Assembly (NCBI GenBank): GCA_017452445.1
Contig: JAFTMH010000002.1
Location: forward strand, 723 to 64,722
Direction of reading: 5' to 3'
DNA: 64,000 nt
From: Clostridia bacterium
GTDB taxonomy: Bacteria > Bacillota > Clostridia > Christensenellales > UBA1242
The notes beneath the pieces were generated by a model. That model made no database searches. It was not told where the DNA came from and saw nothing but the letters and a program-made list of their open reading frames with translations. The stretch's first letter is position 1. Each line of letters opens with the position of its first letter. Made by a program: the position numbers and the translations under genes. This document shows positions 43,292 to 58,200 of this stretch, one piece after another.

Positions 43292-46200
43292 TTATTGGTT
43301 TGAAAGTTTTCTTCTGCGTTTTCTTCTCTTTCTTGTAAGAACGAGAATGACAATCACTGTCACAACAAGTGCCGCTCCAAGAAGTCCTATCAAATAGAAA
43401 TACCAAGAAGCCGTTTTGTTTGAAAGCAATCTAGACGCTGTAGAAACTTCGCCAAACAAACCATCATAGCTTACTCTCTTGTAAACATAAGCGTTTTGCA
43501 CACCTCTGACTGTGTGTCCATTGAAGTTGAACACTCCTTCAAATGGGTGAAGAATTGTGCCGATTGGTGTCCAGAATTTTTCTGACAAATCAATGTTGCG
43601 TGCCAATTCGTAATGCATTCTAGAATAGAGTTCGCCATTTGCATTTCTTGCTCCACTGTTTACCAACTTCATAAGAAGAGTAAGTTCGGTCGTAGAGCCA
43701 ATCTTGTAAGGATTCTTTTCGCTTCCTTGTCCAGCAAAGCCGGTGATAAAGATTGATTCGTCTTCCCAATGCATACGGCTGTAAACAATTGACAAATTGA
43801 TAATGCCAACAATGTTGTTTTCTTGCATATATTCTGGTGTCAAAAGGATAGTGTTTGTGTCATCGTCATAAAACTCATACATATCCCCAAAAGATTTGCC
43901 ATAATTTTCGATTGTTATCGAAACAATTTCATATCTCTTTGTTGTCGCTGTTTCAAGCAAAATTTCTTTGCCTGTTTCCATCACAACAACTTTTGTCGCC
44001 CTGCCGTTATGCTTGATGCTTCCGGCAGCAGCAATGTTGTTTTGATCCAAAGTCTTGTCGACAATGTCGATTGGGTCAAACGAACTTGAAACATAAAGCG
44101 AAACGATTGTGTTGTCAAAGGTTGGTACAATTTCGATAATTTGATCTGCCATTGCTGTGCCGACCTTCATTTCAAAATAATAGAAACCTTTGTCGTATCT
44201 TCCAAATGTAATTTCAGCCCTATTCCAATAAACAGCAAAACCACTGTCAACCTTGATCTTAAATTCTACAGTGTCACCAACATTTACCAAAACTTGTGTG
44301 ATTGTTTTTTCAAAAGTTCCGTTTGAGTAATAACCCATTTCGTAAGTCGCCTTTGACAAGTTGAGTGAATATGCTGCAACTTGAACAATTTGTCCAAATT
44401 GAGGTGAATATTCTTCAAACCAAAGTGTTGCAGGTCTTCCTGACAAATTGATAACAAGTGTTGCCTCTTTGTCAATTTGCAATGTGATTGTTTGATCTTC
44501 AAAATCTTCGTCTTCATGCAAAACAGACCATGATTCAAATGTATATCCCCCAATTGGAAGAGCTTCGATTGTAAATGTTTTTTCGGTGTCAACATAATTT
44601 TCAAGCAACAATGCTTTTGATTGTGCATCAGCATTGTCTTGTGCGATCTTGAAGTTTGCTTCACCACCAGAAACCAAAACTTCGACATGTGCATAATAGA
44701 TGATTTTGATTTGACATTCTACAATTCTGTCAACATCATTTGTTGACCATGGAGTTTGTGGTGTGTAAATCAAAACATCTTGCAACCATACCCCTGCGTG
44801 ATTGCGTTGTGAAAGAATAAACGCATAGAATTTGTATCCCTCAAACTCTGGTGCAGAGATAACGATTGGTGTGTTGAATGACACTTCAATGTAGTGTGGT
44901 GATGTTTCGTAGAACCAAGAATTTGAGAAGTCAACACCTGAAACCATATCCTTTGCAGTGTATTTTGTGTCAATTTCAGGGACAAAGTTGAATTCGATTC
45001 TTGTCTTCAAATAAGCCCAATACAAATAAAGTGTAATTTCAATTTCGCCTGTCTCTTCGTTTACAACTTTTGCATGAGTGCTAAGTTTGTAAAGTGAAGT
45101 AATTGTATCCAAAATGTAACCACTTTCAGCCCAGCTGTTGATTGCTTCGCCGTTTGCGTTGATGTATCTTACACCAGCACCGTTTTCGTATGTGAAGAAA
45201 CCTTCAAAGCTGTGGTTTTCTCTCTTCATTGCATCAAATCTGAGTTTTCCACCCATAAATCCAAGACGATCATCAACAAGTGTGATGTTTGCTGTGTTTT
45301 CTTCAGAAAGATTGAGTGTTGAGCCAAATGTAACATCTTTGATGATTGCAAGTGTTTGACCATCTTCAACCAATCTTACAGAATACAATGATGTAAACAC
45401 CAAAATGCTGATTGTGTTTTCTTTGATATAATCTGCAACTTCAAATTTAATTCTTCCAGTATAGCCAGATTGTTCGATAACCAAATCTTCATATTCGAGT
45501 GATCCTTCAACAATCAAACCACTTTCATCAACAATGCCTGTGCCATCATTTTTCCAATAATAGCCGGCTCTGATGTAAGCATACACAACAAATCTGCTGT
45601 CTGTGTAAGCAGAAACTTGTGTGTAAGTCATTTGATTTCCTGAAGTCCAAACTTTGTGTGCATTGTTTTCATCAAGACCGATGTCAAATGCACCACCATC
45701 AACTCTGATATCGTTGTTTAAGAATGCCAAGTTGATTGTGTTGAGCACTGGCTTGATCAAGATTTCAAAGTCAAAATCTTCGCCACCGATAAATTCGTTG
45801 AACACAAACATAATGTAGTCGTCTGTGCGTTCGTAAATATCAAATGCGATATCATCTCTGCTTGAAACAATCTTGTCAAACACATAACCTTCTTTTTCGA
45901 TCACGAGTTTGATATATACTTCGTCACCTGTGTATGCGACAACAGAGAATTTCTTGTTGTCCAAAAGTTCTTCGTCAACAAAATCTTCTTCGCTGTAGTG
46001 GATTCTTGTTCCGTCAACATAACCAAATCTGTTTACATCTTCAGCATCTGCATTTGAAAGATTGATGTATGCAGTGTTGAAGTTGTTTTCTCTGATGCCA
46101 TCAATGTTGATTTCTGTGATAAAGTTGAATGATGAGCCATACGCTTCAATCAACAAATACAAAGTAAATTCTTGCACTTCTTCGTCAAACAACGAGCTTA

Positions 46201-49200
46201 TCAAAGAAACTGTTGCAAGTTGATCTGTGACAGAAGTTTTTGTCAAGAAAACAAATTCGTCTTCTTTCCAGAAACCATAACCTGCATATTTGTATCCTTC
46301 TTGCACTTCAAGCAAAATATTTTTGCTTGCACCGTAATAAATTTCGGCAGAAGTGATTTGCTCTGAAGTTTCTTCATCATAATATTTGCTTTCAACTTCT
46401 TCAAAAACATTTTCTGTTTTTGTAGGGTCGTTGTATTCGGTGTAGATTTGATAGTAGTTGTATGTTGCAAAAGTTACATAGAATTTCATTGTTGAGAAGA
46501 TTGCGTAAAGTCTTATATTGTCTGTAATTGTGTATCTTTGTCCGTTTGCCGAACCAAAAACATTTTCACCATCTTCACTCCAACCAGCAAAGCTATACAA
46601 AGTCGCAGTCTCATATGTCAATGTGATTGTTGACAAATATTCGACTTGAAGTGGATTTTCGCCATCTGCCAATGCGATATTGCCTGGCTCGTTGACAAGT
46701 TCTCTGTCTTGGTTGTATGACAACACTTCGATTGTCACAGTAAACTTGGCGCGAGCGTGATAGATTTTGATGTTGCCACTTGAATAAATTTCCGAAACAA
46801 TGATTTCGCATTGATTTGAAGAAATTTCTCTTGCTCTTGTTTCAAACTCGTTAGTTTCGTTGAAACCATAAGTGTAACCGTGTTTGTAAACAATGCCCAA
46901 TTTCAAAATTTGTGCTGTTTCAATCTCAACAACATCAACTTGTGTTGGATCTGCATATGTGAGATCTCCGACCATAACTCTTTCAACTTTTGTGATATCT
47001 TCAAATTCAATCGTAATACGGTTGATTTGTTCTTCTGCTTCAAAAGTGATTTCCAAATCTTGGAAGATGCCAACGATTTGCATAATGAGTGTGCCATTGC
47101 TCAATGTCTTGTCAACAATCAAACCTAAAGTGCTGTCAAACTCGACATTGTCTGTCATTTGATATCCTCTGCTTGCAGTCGCAACAAGTCTGATTGTTTT
47201 GCCTGTTTCGATGTCAAATGCTTTGTCAACCACTGTGATTGGGATTTCGTCAATCGTAATGTCAAATGCTGTTACGCCTTCAACAAACGATCCTTTTGTC
47301 ACAACCCTGTTTATTCTGGCAACAATTGGCAATGTGTAAACATAGTCATTTGCTGTCATCACAAACACAACTTGAAGTGATCCATCTGCATTTGTTGTGG
47401 TTGTAAATTCTGGAGCCCAAGTTGCTTCAAAAACATAACCTTGATTTGCAACAAGTTTAAATGAAATTTCTTTCAAATATTCGACATCGTTTGCAATATA
47501 CAAGTTTCCACCCTTTGTAAATTCGAGTGTTGAATTTTCAATTCGGCCATTCAAAACTGTAAACAAAATTGTGGATTTGTTGATATCCCATTGGGCTGTG
47601 AGTGTGTGTTCTTGTGTGTAAGACACAATGCTTGTGCCAACAATCATGTTTGAGTTGTGGTCAAACCAACCAACAAATTGATATCCGTATCTTGAAGGAG
47701 CTTCGTCCCAACCTTCTGCATCTTGATATGGTGCATCATAAGAAACTGCAATTGATTTTGTGATGCCGTCATAGCCATAATCCAAAATGACTACCAAACC
47801 AATTGATGTGTAGACAGGGACAAACGAAATGATTTCGTCATCAAATTCTGATTCCACAAATGATGAAATCAAAGTTGTAGAATACATCTCTTTTGCAATT
47901 TCTGTTGCACCAACTTTGAGTGCAATAGTTTCATAACCAACTCTGTCAATTGATGGCAAGAAATCCAACTTTCTTGATTCAATTTCAAAATAACTGAGTG
48001 TGAGTTGATATCTTCCCGTTTCAACCAAGTTGAAATTGCCTGCAACAATGGCAGCTTCTGGGTGTTCGGTCAAATCAAGTTCGAGTGTGATTTTTTGAGA
48101 TCTAAATCTTACAATCAAGTTGTATTCTCTTGTCACACTTTCAAATCCGATTCTGTTTCCATTGATAAGGATTGTTGTGCCATCTGCTTCATAAGCATTT
48201 GCCGAATCTCTATAGAAACCAAAGAATTTGCTGTGTGCATTTGCAGTTGCAATAAATGTTACACCCTTTCCATATTCGACTTGTTGACGATATGTTGTTG
48301 TAACAAATCTGTTTTCTGTTGAATCATCTCTATCATCAATTTCAACTGATCCATATTGAGCGTTTCTTCCGTTTTCGTCAGCAATTGTGATGTTGACATT
48401 AAACTTGTTTACACTCCACATAGCAGTAAATGTGATTGTGATATCTTCGTGATTTTTGTAATAATATTTGTTTAATGTATCTTCTTGATCTCTGAGCAAC
48501 GAATTCAAGAAGTTTGCAGTTTTTGCATCGTTTGCAACAATGACTGAAAGTTCGCCCTTGTTGTAAGTCGCAGTCATCGCATAGTTTGAAATCAAACTTT
48601 GCAAGAATGTATATTCTTCTGTTTCAGTAGCAATGTTTCTGAAAATCATTACCCAATGCGAGAATGAGTGTCCCGTTTTGCCAGTAAGCATTGTTGGAAA
48701 GTTTTTGTTTGTGCTTGTTTGTGTGTTTGCAGAGTTTGATGTAATGTTTGAAGCAGAAACAAATGGATATGCCAATTCTGAAATTTCAACCAATCCATTG
48801 ATGATGACATCAGATCTTGTTTCTTCTTCTGTGTTGTCATCAAATTCGATAAACACAATCACAGGGTTGATTACACCATGGTTCCATGTGGCAATTGTGT
48901 AGTTTTGACTGTCAACACCATCAATGTTGATTGTCACAACAATGCCTTCGCCAATCGTTTCTCTTGCATAAGTTGCAGAAACAATCGCAACATCATCATA
49001 AACCCCACCTTTTGTGATAATGCCTGTGATGCCAAGCACTTCTGTGCCATCTCGCACAAGTTCGACATCAACTGTTTCGTCATAAGTTTTTGTAAAGATT
49101 TCTTGGAAACTCAAGTTTGACATTGTTACCAAAGTGAGTTCAACCTTTTCAACCACAAATGAAGCACCTGTTGTTGATGGTTGTTCGGCATTGTCAACAA

Positions 49201-52200
49201 TAAACTTGTCGCAGAAGAAATCTTCAAACGAGTATGTCACAACTGCAGCATATTCGCCTGCATTCAAACAACCTGTAGAAGAATAGTTTGCTGCATCTGC
49301 TGCTGGGTTTACAGCAATTGACATTCTTGTCATATCATATCCTGTCATATCAACATCTGTGCGATAAGAATATTTCAAATCAATGTCATCGCCATACTTA
49401 AACTTTTGAGTGTTGAGCACGATAAAGATTTCGGCTCTTTCAATACGGCCTGTGATTGGTGTGCCATCTAATGTGGTCTTTCTTGTAAAGTCATAGTTTC
49501 CAATTGTGTCGCCAGCAATTGTGGCATCAACCGTATAATCAAATCCTGCATATTTGACAATCATTCCACCTGCATCAAGCAAACGGATTGTGAGCACGAT
49601 GTCTTCACCTTCAACAACACCGTCCAACATGTCTGCAGCATTTTCGTAAACAAACAATGCACTCTTGTTGTCAAACACTTTTGAAATAAGACTTTGTTTG
49701 AAATAAAGTTTCTTAGCCAAAATTCTGAAGAAGTAAGCATATTGAGCACCATTTTGTCCAAGCATTACATTGTAGTTGTTTGCTGTGATATCACCAGCAA
49801 AAATTTCGTATGTGCCAATGTTTTTAACATTTGATGCGTTCAAGAATTGCACTTGTGCAGTCAAGTTTTCAATCTGTCCAGCAATCTTTGTGTAAGTTCC
49901 GTTTGAAAGTGAATATGCATTCAAGTCAAACTCTCTCTTGACACCTTTGTTTTTAGAATTGTATATAACAAGTTTATACAATCCTGTACTTCTTTCTTCA
50001 ACAGCAACACTGTCATAAGCATTGCCATCATATTCGATAGTTGCAGTTGTGCCACCAAGTGTCACAGTTTCGTCATTTGAAAGCAACAAATAAACTGTTT
50101 CAATTGCTTTCAAAATTCTAAACATACCTTCGCTACTGTTGTCCACCAAACTCAAAAGAGTATAGTTTGTTTCTGATCCATCAAGTCTGCCGTCAATCAC
50201 ATGATAGTTGCCAACGGCAAATCCACTTTCTCTTGTCAAGATAAGTGTGACATCTTCAAACAATTGTGTTTGATATTCAAACGCAAACTCGTCAGTCAAG
50301 GTTTCTGGTGCACCATAACTGTATGTTGCCAAACCATTTGTCAAAAATTCGATGTCCAATTCGTAAGGTGTAATTTGCACCAAAGTTGGGACATAAGTGA
50401 TTTGGTAAGAGTTTGAAACGATTGTCGCTTCGATGTTGTAAGATCCAACATTCAAATATCCAAAATCGCTGTATCTTCCATCAACAACTGTAAATGCAAT
50501 TGTGTATTGTGATGTTGGCACAATGTTTCCATTTACCAACAATTGATGCCCAAACAAATTGCTTGAGTTGATCATCCCATAAACCCAAGAGGTTTGTGTA
50601 AGTGAAAGCACTGCACTTGCTTTTGTGATTTTGCCAACCGATTTTTCGATAGACAATTGATAGTTTGGTGCTTGAGCACCTTGCAAGAAGAGAGAAACTT
50701 CGATGTCTTCGCCAACTTCAGCAGTTTTGTATCTAACCAAAATTGAAACATTGTCACTTCCCAATTTTTCTGCAAAGTTTTCAATGATGCCAACTGAATC
50801 TCCAGAATATTCTTTTTCAAGAGTCAAGTTGTCTACATTGATCATTTGTTTTTCGATAATGAAGTAATATTCTTGATCAAAAACAACTGTTTCATATCCA
50901 CTTGCTTCTGCCTTCAAAACCAAACGATATGATCCAGCGTTTTGGAATGAGAACACTCCACCTGTTGCTGTGATTTCGATGCTGTCAAATGAAACATCGG
51001 CACTGTTGATTGTAACTTCGTTTTCATCTTCAAGTATAAAGAACTTCATGTCGATTGTTTGTGTCACAACGCTTGTGATCAACAACTGTTTGTTTGCACC
51101 ATCGGCAGAAAGAGCATAATTGCTTGAAATGTATTGTTTTGTCAACAAACTTGTTTGTGCTGGATCAAGTCTCAAATACAAAATGTTTGTTGCCAAGATA
51201 ACTTCAAACGCTTCGTTTCCTGCAGGAAGTAAAAGCACAACGCTTCCTTCCAAGAATGATGATTGGTTGAGTGCCAAATCCCACAACCCAACTTGTGCGT
51301 TTGCACCAACTGTTTGTCCGACAACTCTGTAAGAGATGTCAAGGAAGTCACCAGTCGAACCAACCGAATATACATCTTCATAAGCAGCTTTGATTTTTTC
51401 AACAGCTGTAACTGAGATATAACCTTGTCCAAGCGTCAATTCAATTTCCATAGCATCAATTGTAAAGCTTGGAGAAACAACAGTCATGTTGAAATCGTCA
51501 AATGTTGAAGTGATTTGCAAAGTATAATTTCCTTTGTAAACATAGCCACTTCCATTGATTTTGACATCGTCGGCAAGTCCATACCTGATGTTGTAATATC
51601 CATCAATCAACCACGAACGAACATCATTGCCTTCTGTGTCAACAACTTCTATGCTTGCAACTTTGTCAACGATGTTTCTCAAAGAAATGTCGCCATAAAC
51701 ATAGTTTGCACTTGTCATAGAAACCGTAAGTGTTGCACTACGCTTCAAAATTGTTGCTGTTGTGCTTGTTGCAGCAAGTGCATAGTTGCCAAGGTTTGTT
51801 GTTGGGTCGTTGTTGTTGAGTGAAAGTTCTACCTTAATATTTTCGCCAGCATGTGATGTGGCATAGGTTGCCAAAATATACATACCAACATATTCGTCGA
51901 GATCAACTGCGTTGCCGAGTTGGTCAAATGTTGCTGTTGTTTGTGCATCATACACTTTGTTGAAATCAATTGCCGAAACATCAATTTGAATTTGTCCAAC
52001 TTCAAATGCATAGTTTTGGTCAAATTCGACACTTGCAAAGTAACGGCTCATTTGTTCGCCAATTTCAAATCTGTAAGTATAAACTGCACTTTCATAAACG
52101 ATATCCAACAAATCTGTAGCATAGAATTTTGGTGTAATATCACCCATTTGTGCACGAATAAGGTTTTTGATTTCGAGATTTGTGATTTCGAGGTTTGTTG

Positions 52201-55200
52201 AAACATCATAAAGTTTCAAGTTGAAAGTATTCAAAACATTTCCATCACTCAAAATCTGCATCACAAAATCAGAATTTACTGTAAATGTATAACCTTTGTT
52301 GCTATAACCTCTCACAATGTGAGCAGGGTTTACTGCTGAAGTTTCGTAAGCAAACTTCAATGCGCCAGTTTTTTGAATTTCAAATTCGCCAACTGCAGTT
52401 GTTGAGCAATCTACAGTCTTTGTTCCGTTTTCGAAAAGGGTTGTGCCTCCCATTTTGAAAACATAGTTGCCTTTATAATCTTGTGCAATATCTTCGAAAT
52501 AGAGGTTGTAAATTCCAACATCTTCGCCTAATGGTCTAGCAAAGATCAAAGTCACCATTTCTGCTGTGAAAATTGTGTCAACTTTCAAAACAGGATCTGC
52601 AGTGTTAAACTTCTTTGTAAAGCCAACATTAAGTTCTGCAATGTCTGCCACAAATGGAGTGATTGTGTAGACAAATGATGTTTGTGTAAGGCCATCTTCC
52701 AAAATGTAAGATGCTGGACTGTAGCAAACTTCAACAATGTAATAACCTGCGTTTTTCATTTCTGCAACAGGGTCAGATCCACCGTTGAAATACATTTGTG
52801 TATACAATGTGCCAACAGTCGAATTATACAATGTCGCAGTTGAATAAGCGATTTGATAGTCATCTGTTGAAGCGTTGTATTGTGTAAATGTGATTTCAAT
52901 GCCCCATTGATTTGCCTGATCTTGTCCATTGTAAACTGATGTAACCTCATCAGGGAATTGAATTGCAATGATTTTGTTTCTTACAAATTCCAAATAGAAG
53001 TTGATTGTTGCAGTTGTTGTGCCACCCGTGCCTGGGTCATACAATGCGCTTTTAAACTCTTCAATGATTGAGCAAGTAACAACCAAACTATAATTTCCTG
53101 TTTGATTGAAAGTTCCGTTGCCAGCAAGTTGCAACACCTCTCCCTCTTTGACAAGTTCGCCTTCAAACAACCACTTGTATGTGTAAGTGAAAATCAATGT
53201 GTTTTTGTTGTCAAATCCGACAACTTCTTCTTGGTTTAACCCAAGGAATTGTTCTACCGGATATTTTTTGGTTGTCAAAATTTGATATGTCTGCATCTCT
53301 TCTGCTTTCCACAAAGCATAGAAGTTTACAGTGACAAATTTTGCACTTGATGACAAGCCGACAAATGTCTTGCCACCACCTGCACCGATTGCTCCAGTAA
53401 AGATGTTTGCATAGTTTACTCTTGACCCGTCAAGTCTTTCTGCTTGAAGTTCGATAAGTTGGAAACCTGCAACTGATGGTTGTCTCACATCTGCAGCAGT
53501 TGAACTGCCCAACTTCAACACACCTTCAGCAGTTGTGTCCAAACCAAATCCTTCTGGGAATCCATAATGATAAACTGTTTTTACCAAGTCTGTATAAATC
53601 GCATAGTAAGTGACTTCTGTCAAACTGTCTTCTGAGATTTCAATGTCAGACCTGTTGATTGTGTAAGTGCCGTCAGATGCCATTGTTCCATCAACATCAA
53701 ACTCTGCATATTGTGACCACTTGTAAAGCGAAATATATTCGCTAAGATTTGTTTCTGTCGCAATAACAGTGATTGAAGTCACGGCAGGATTAATTCTTGC
53801 ATAAACCATGTTTTCGTTGTTGGTGTAAATTTCAAAATATGCACCACCATCGCTGTACGCTCTTTCTGCAAGACCGTTTTCTTCTCTGATTGTTGTTTCT
53901 TTGCCACCTTGCGTGTATGTGACTGAAACAATCTTCAAAAGTTTTGTTGCCAAAGCATTGTCAACTTGTTCAAATGAGAGCAAACCTTCGTTTCTTGTCA
54001 AATATCTTGCATCAATAATGACATCAATGATTCCGTTTACATTCAAGATTGTGTAAATGTCTGATTCTGACATAACAAGTTTGAAATCAGACAATGATCT
54101 AATCAAATCTTCACCAACTTTTCTTACGATTGAAGTTTCAACAAAATACAAATAGTTTGTTGGATCAACAAAATTGAATTGTGTGTCGCCATCTTTGTTT
54201 CCAACAGTTGATGTAGTCAATGTTGCTGCAACATAGATGTTTCCCTCAATCAAATAATGAAGCTGTCCTTCAAAATCAACATATTCTCTGCTTCCTTGCC
54301 ATTCGATTTCTGGTGTTTGGTAAGCATTGTAATATGAAGATTTTTCCGCTTGTCTGTTTTCTACAACCAACACTTGTGGAAGAATAAAGACTTGCAAACC
54401 TTCGATATAATATCGGCCTGTAGCTTCATCATAACTCAAGTTGTAGTTTGTTACACCTCTGCCAAGACCAAGTGATCTCACATAAACTCTTGCAGTGTAG
54501 AGTGTTTGTGCAAGGATTTCGTGTGAGTTTATTTCAAGTGAAACAACTTCCAAATCAGAAGAAACATTTGAAACTGTTGGAGATTTCAATGACAACGATT
54601 TGTAACTTGCAATTTCTTGCTTGCCTGAGTTGTTTGCATATTGATAGAAATCAAAATATTTCATTTGGTTTACGATTGCATCAGCCAACTCTTCGTTGCT
54701 TGTGCGCAAATCCAAATAATCTTGATATGTCCAGTTTTTGTAAATCAAAACAGAAGCATCATTTGTGACTGAAATGAAATAATACTTAACCATTGTGTAT
54801 TCATACACTTGAATGTCAGAAAGTGCATCAAGTCCACTTTCCAATCCTCTAACAAATGTTGCAACTGTCGCAAGCGAAACTCTCGATTCGAGATTGCTTT
54901 TTTGTGTCGCACTGATGTATGGAGCGAGAATTCGTTTGATGTTTGCAACATAAACTTCTTCACTTGTTACAGAATCATCAATTTCAATTTCTGCTGCATC
55001 AACCGTAATATTAAAGTTGAGCGCCGCACTCCAAACTGTGCCAAGACTTAAATATTTTGCTTCGTCGTCTACAGACAAATAAAGTGTTGCAGTGTAAGCA
55101 CCTGCTGTCAGGCAATCTTTCACACTAAACGCCATTTGTCCTTGATCTTTTGCCGCATTCAAAGATTCAAATCTTATTGTCAAAGAAGTAAGGTTTGCAT

Positions 55201-58200
55201 CTTTCAACGCAATGTCCAAAACATTTGATCCCGTGTCAATGTTGAAGCCAACTGCAGTATAATTTCCTTCGTAGAAATAATCTGCCAAATAAACTATTTG
55301 ATTTTGCCCGTTGTATTTCAATGCTGGCAAATAAGAATTATTCAATTCGAGTTGCAACGATTCTTGATCAAATGACCATTGTGCATAAATCGTAAGAGCT
55401 GGAGTCCTTGTCAAACTCATACCTCTAAGAAATTCGTCAAAGATATGATCTCTTGTGATTTCTGCAATATAATTTCCATCTTTGATGCTGAAGTTTAAGA
55501 AATGGAATCCTTTTCTTGTAAGCACAATGCTTGACAAGTCGACATATTCCAAATCATTTGATCCTACATACATCTGAGCAAAAGTTTTGTTGTAGTTGAT
55601 GTTGTATTCCAAATAGTTTTCTTTCTTGTCACCAGAAACAGCAATGCCATTTACTGTGTCTGCGCCGTTTGTGTAAATGTGGATTGTGTAAACACCTGAT
55701 CCCCACTCTGGCAACAAATAAACCATGTCAGCAGGAAGTCCTGTTTCTGGATCTTCAAGGATATAACGACCTTTTTCATCAAAAAGCGTGCTTCCAATAA
55801 ACAATCCAGCTGCATCAAATTCGGTAGTAACAGTTGTTCCGTCAAAATGAGTGTAATTCCAGCCAACAAGAGTGTAACCTGTGTATTTAATCTTTCTCAA
55901 AGTTGGCACGCCAGACAAGAGTTGGCAATCAGAGCCATATTCTTGATCATAAACAACTCTGACAGTAACACTTTCGTCATCTGTGTTTGGAGTAAAAATG
56001 CCTGTTCCTCTTCTAAACACAAGAGTATATTCGTTTGCTTTCCAAGCACGATAGATGTGCATTTCAATATAATTTACTTCGGCTGTTTCTTCCGTGAAGT
56101 AGTTGCTGTTGAGTTCGAGATAAGATCCATCAAGCGCCCCTTTGTTTCCTTCGACAACTGTCCAAGGTTTCATCGGTTCGAGTTGATAACCTTTTCTTGA
56201 AGCAAAAACTGCATTTGCAGAAAGGTCTGTTTCTTCGCCATTAAGCAAAAATTCGTATCCTTCTGTTGAGTCAAAAGTGACTGTTTGTGAGTAGAACATT
56301 TGAACAATCTCATAAACATCATCAGTTGTTTCATTTCCGTTGTAGTCATAAACAATTCCGTTGTCTTTGAAGTCGCCATAACTTGTTGCTGTGCCCGTAC
56401 CTGAATAAATGAAGATGCGAGCAGTTTTTTGTCTAAGCAAAGGTTTTAAATACAGTCTTCTTTCGTTTATGTATTGCTCGCCCTCTATTGGATTTTCGAG
56501 CATTTCTTTGACATAGTCGTGAAGATCAAAAATCAATGCCCCTTCAATCGTTTGCAAAACTCGACCTGCTTCGTTGACCAATTCGTAACCATCGAAGTAA
56601 TAGCCAAAGCCCGAATTTTTCACAAATGCCAAACCATTCAGCAACAATGGTTCTTCTGCATTTGAAGAATAAGAATAAATTTGTTCGGTGAGTGGTGTGG
56701 TTTCGCCTATCTTAAATTGAAGATCCATGATTTCAAATTCAAACAGATATTTTTCAACATCAACACCATCAACCCCATTTTCGTCAAGCAAAATGCCGTA
56801 GTCATAAACAGTGAGTGTGACCTGCTTTTTGATGTAAACTGCATAAATCCTTGTTTGATAACGAGTGTTGTATTCTTCTGGCACGATTGCCGGATCGACA
56901 TAATAATCCGAATAGAAGAAATCAAAACTTTCTGCCGTAAACAAATCTGGCCCAATTCTTATATAACCTTGATAGTTGTATGCTTCGATATACCAACCCT
57001 TGAAGAAGTATGCTTGATTTGATCCAAGTTGTGTTGAGATAAACATTCTGTCGTCATATTGAATGTTTTGCACTGCTGAATCATAATCTGCCTCTTCTCT
57101 AAGAGCGTGTGTTGTGATTTGTGAGTTTTCTTCTTCTGCAAGATAAACTCCATCGCCTGTGTCGTCCAATGTGAGTTCGCTTTCCAACACATCTCTGTCT
57201 TGATAAGACAAAAATCTTGTGCCATATTCGAGTTTGTAATAAACAATTTCACAAGTGATTGTGATTTCGTAGTTTCCTGGTTGAAGACCAACTGCGTTTG
57301 TCGCTCTGTTGTATGGCAAAGCAATTTCAAATGTGTCGTTTGTGACAGAAATGCTTGGCCCTCTGCCTTCTCTTGTAAAGTATCTCGTGTTGTCTTGCGC
57401 CAACGCATTCATATAATCTTTACATCTTTGTTCATAAGATTCGTCAGATTCGCCAATGCCTTTGTCAAGTGAAACCTTTCTTGGATTGATGTGAATGTTA
57501 TACAACTCTGATGTGTCTGTTGCAGATGTTGCAAAAATAAGTTGAGGTGTGCCCGATGCATCAAACACATTTCTGATTGTGTAGTATGGAGTGGTTGCAA
57601 TTTTGAATGTAACCGTGCCATCTTCTGTGATCAAATATTTTGGAATAGCAACATGCATAAATTCTGATGTTGGAGATTCGCCAGGCATGATCATATTTCC
57701 GTTTGAATCCACAATCTTGATTCTAAACGATGCTTCAGTATATTTTTCAACTGCCTTGATTTCGTAATAGTTTGACGAATAACCATGCCCAACTCTTACA
57801 AATTCAACAACAAATTTTCTTGGTTGTTTGATTCCACCAGCGCCCTCTGCTTCAATCAATGGTGTATGGGTTACGCCACCTTCTCCCCCAACTTTGATTT
57901 CATCTGGGAAATAGTCGTCCCAACCTGCTTGTGTGACATAATCGTTAAACACAATCGCAGAGTCTTCGGTGCTTGCCAAGAAGACAAAATCTGTGTCGGT
58001 GTAATGTTCAACCGTTTCTTCGGCCCAAGTGAGATAGTTGAGATTGAGATTGAAATTCAAAACATAATCAATTCTTGTTTCGTCTGTGTCATAATCACCA
58101 TATTGTGGAAGTGCTGAAATTTCGTAAATGTAAAGTTTTTCTTCGTTTTTATATCCATTTGCCATCACTTGATAGCGATATTCAAAAAACCTGTCGCCGG

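Noticed and set aside
43292-43340. LPXTG, SLH or choline-binding type cell-wall anchoring signals at the C-termini of the giant proteins
   Set aside because: The C-termini show only a hydrophobic helix plus a basic tail. No L-P-x-T-G (or variant) precedes the helix in any of the three proteins.
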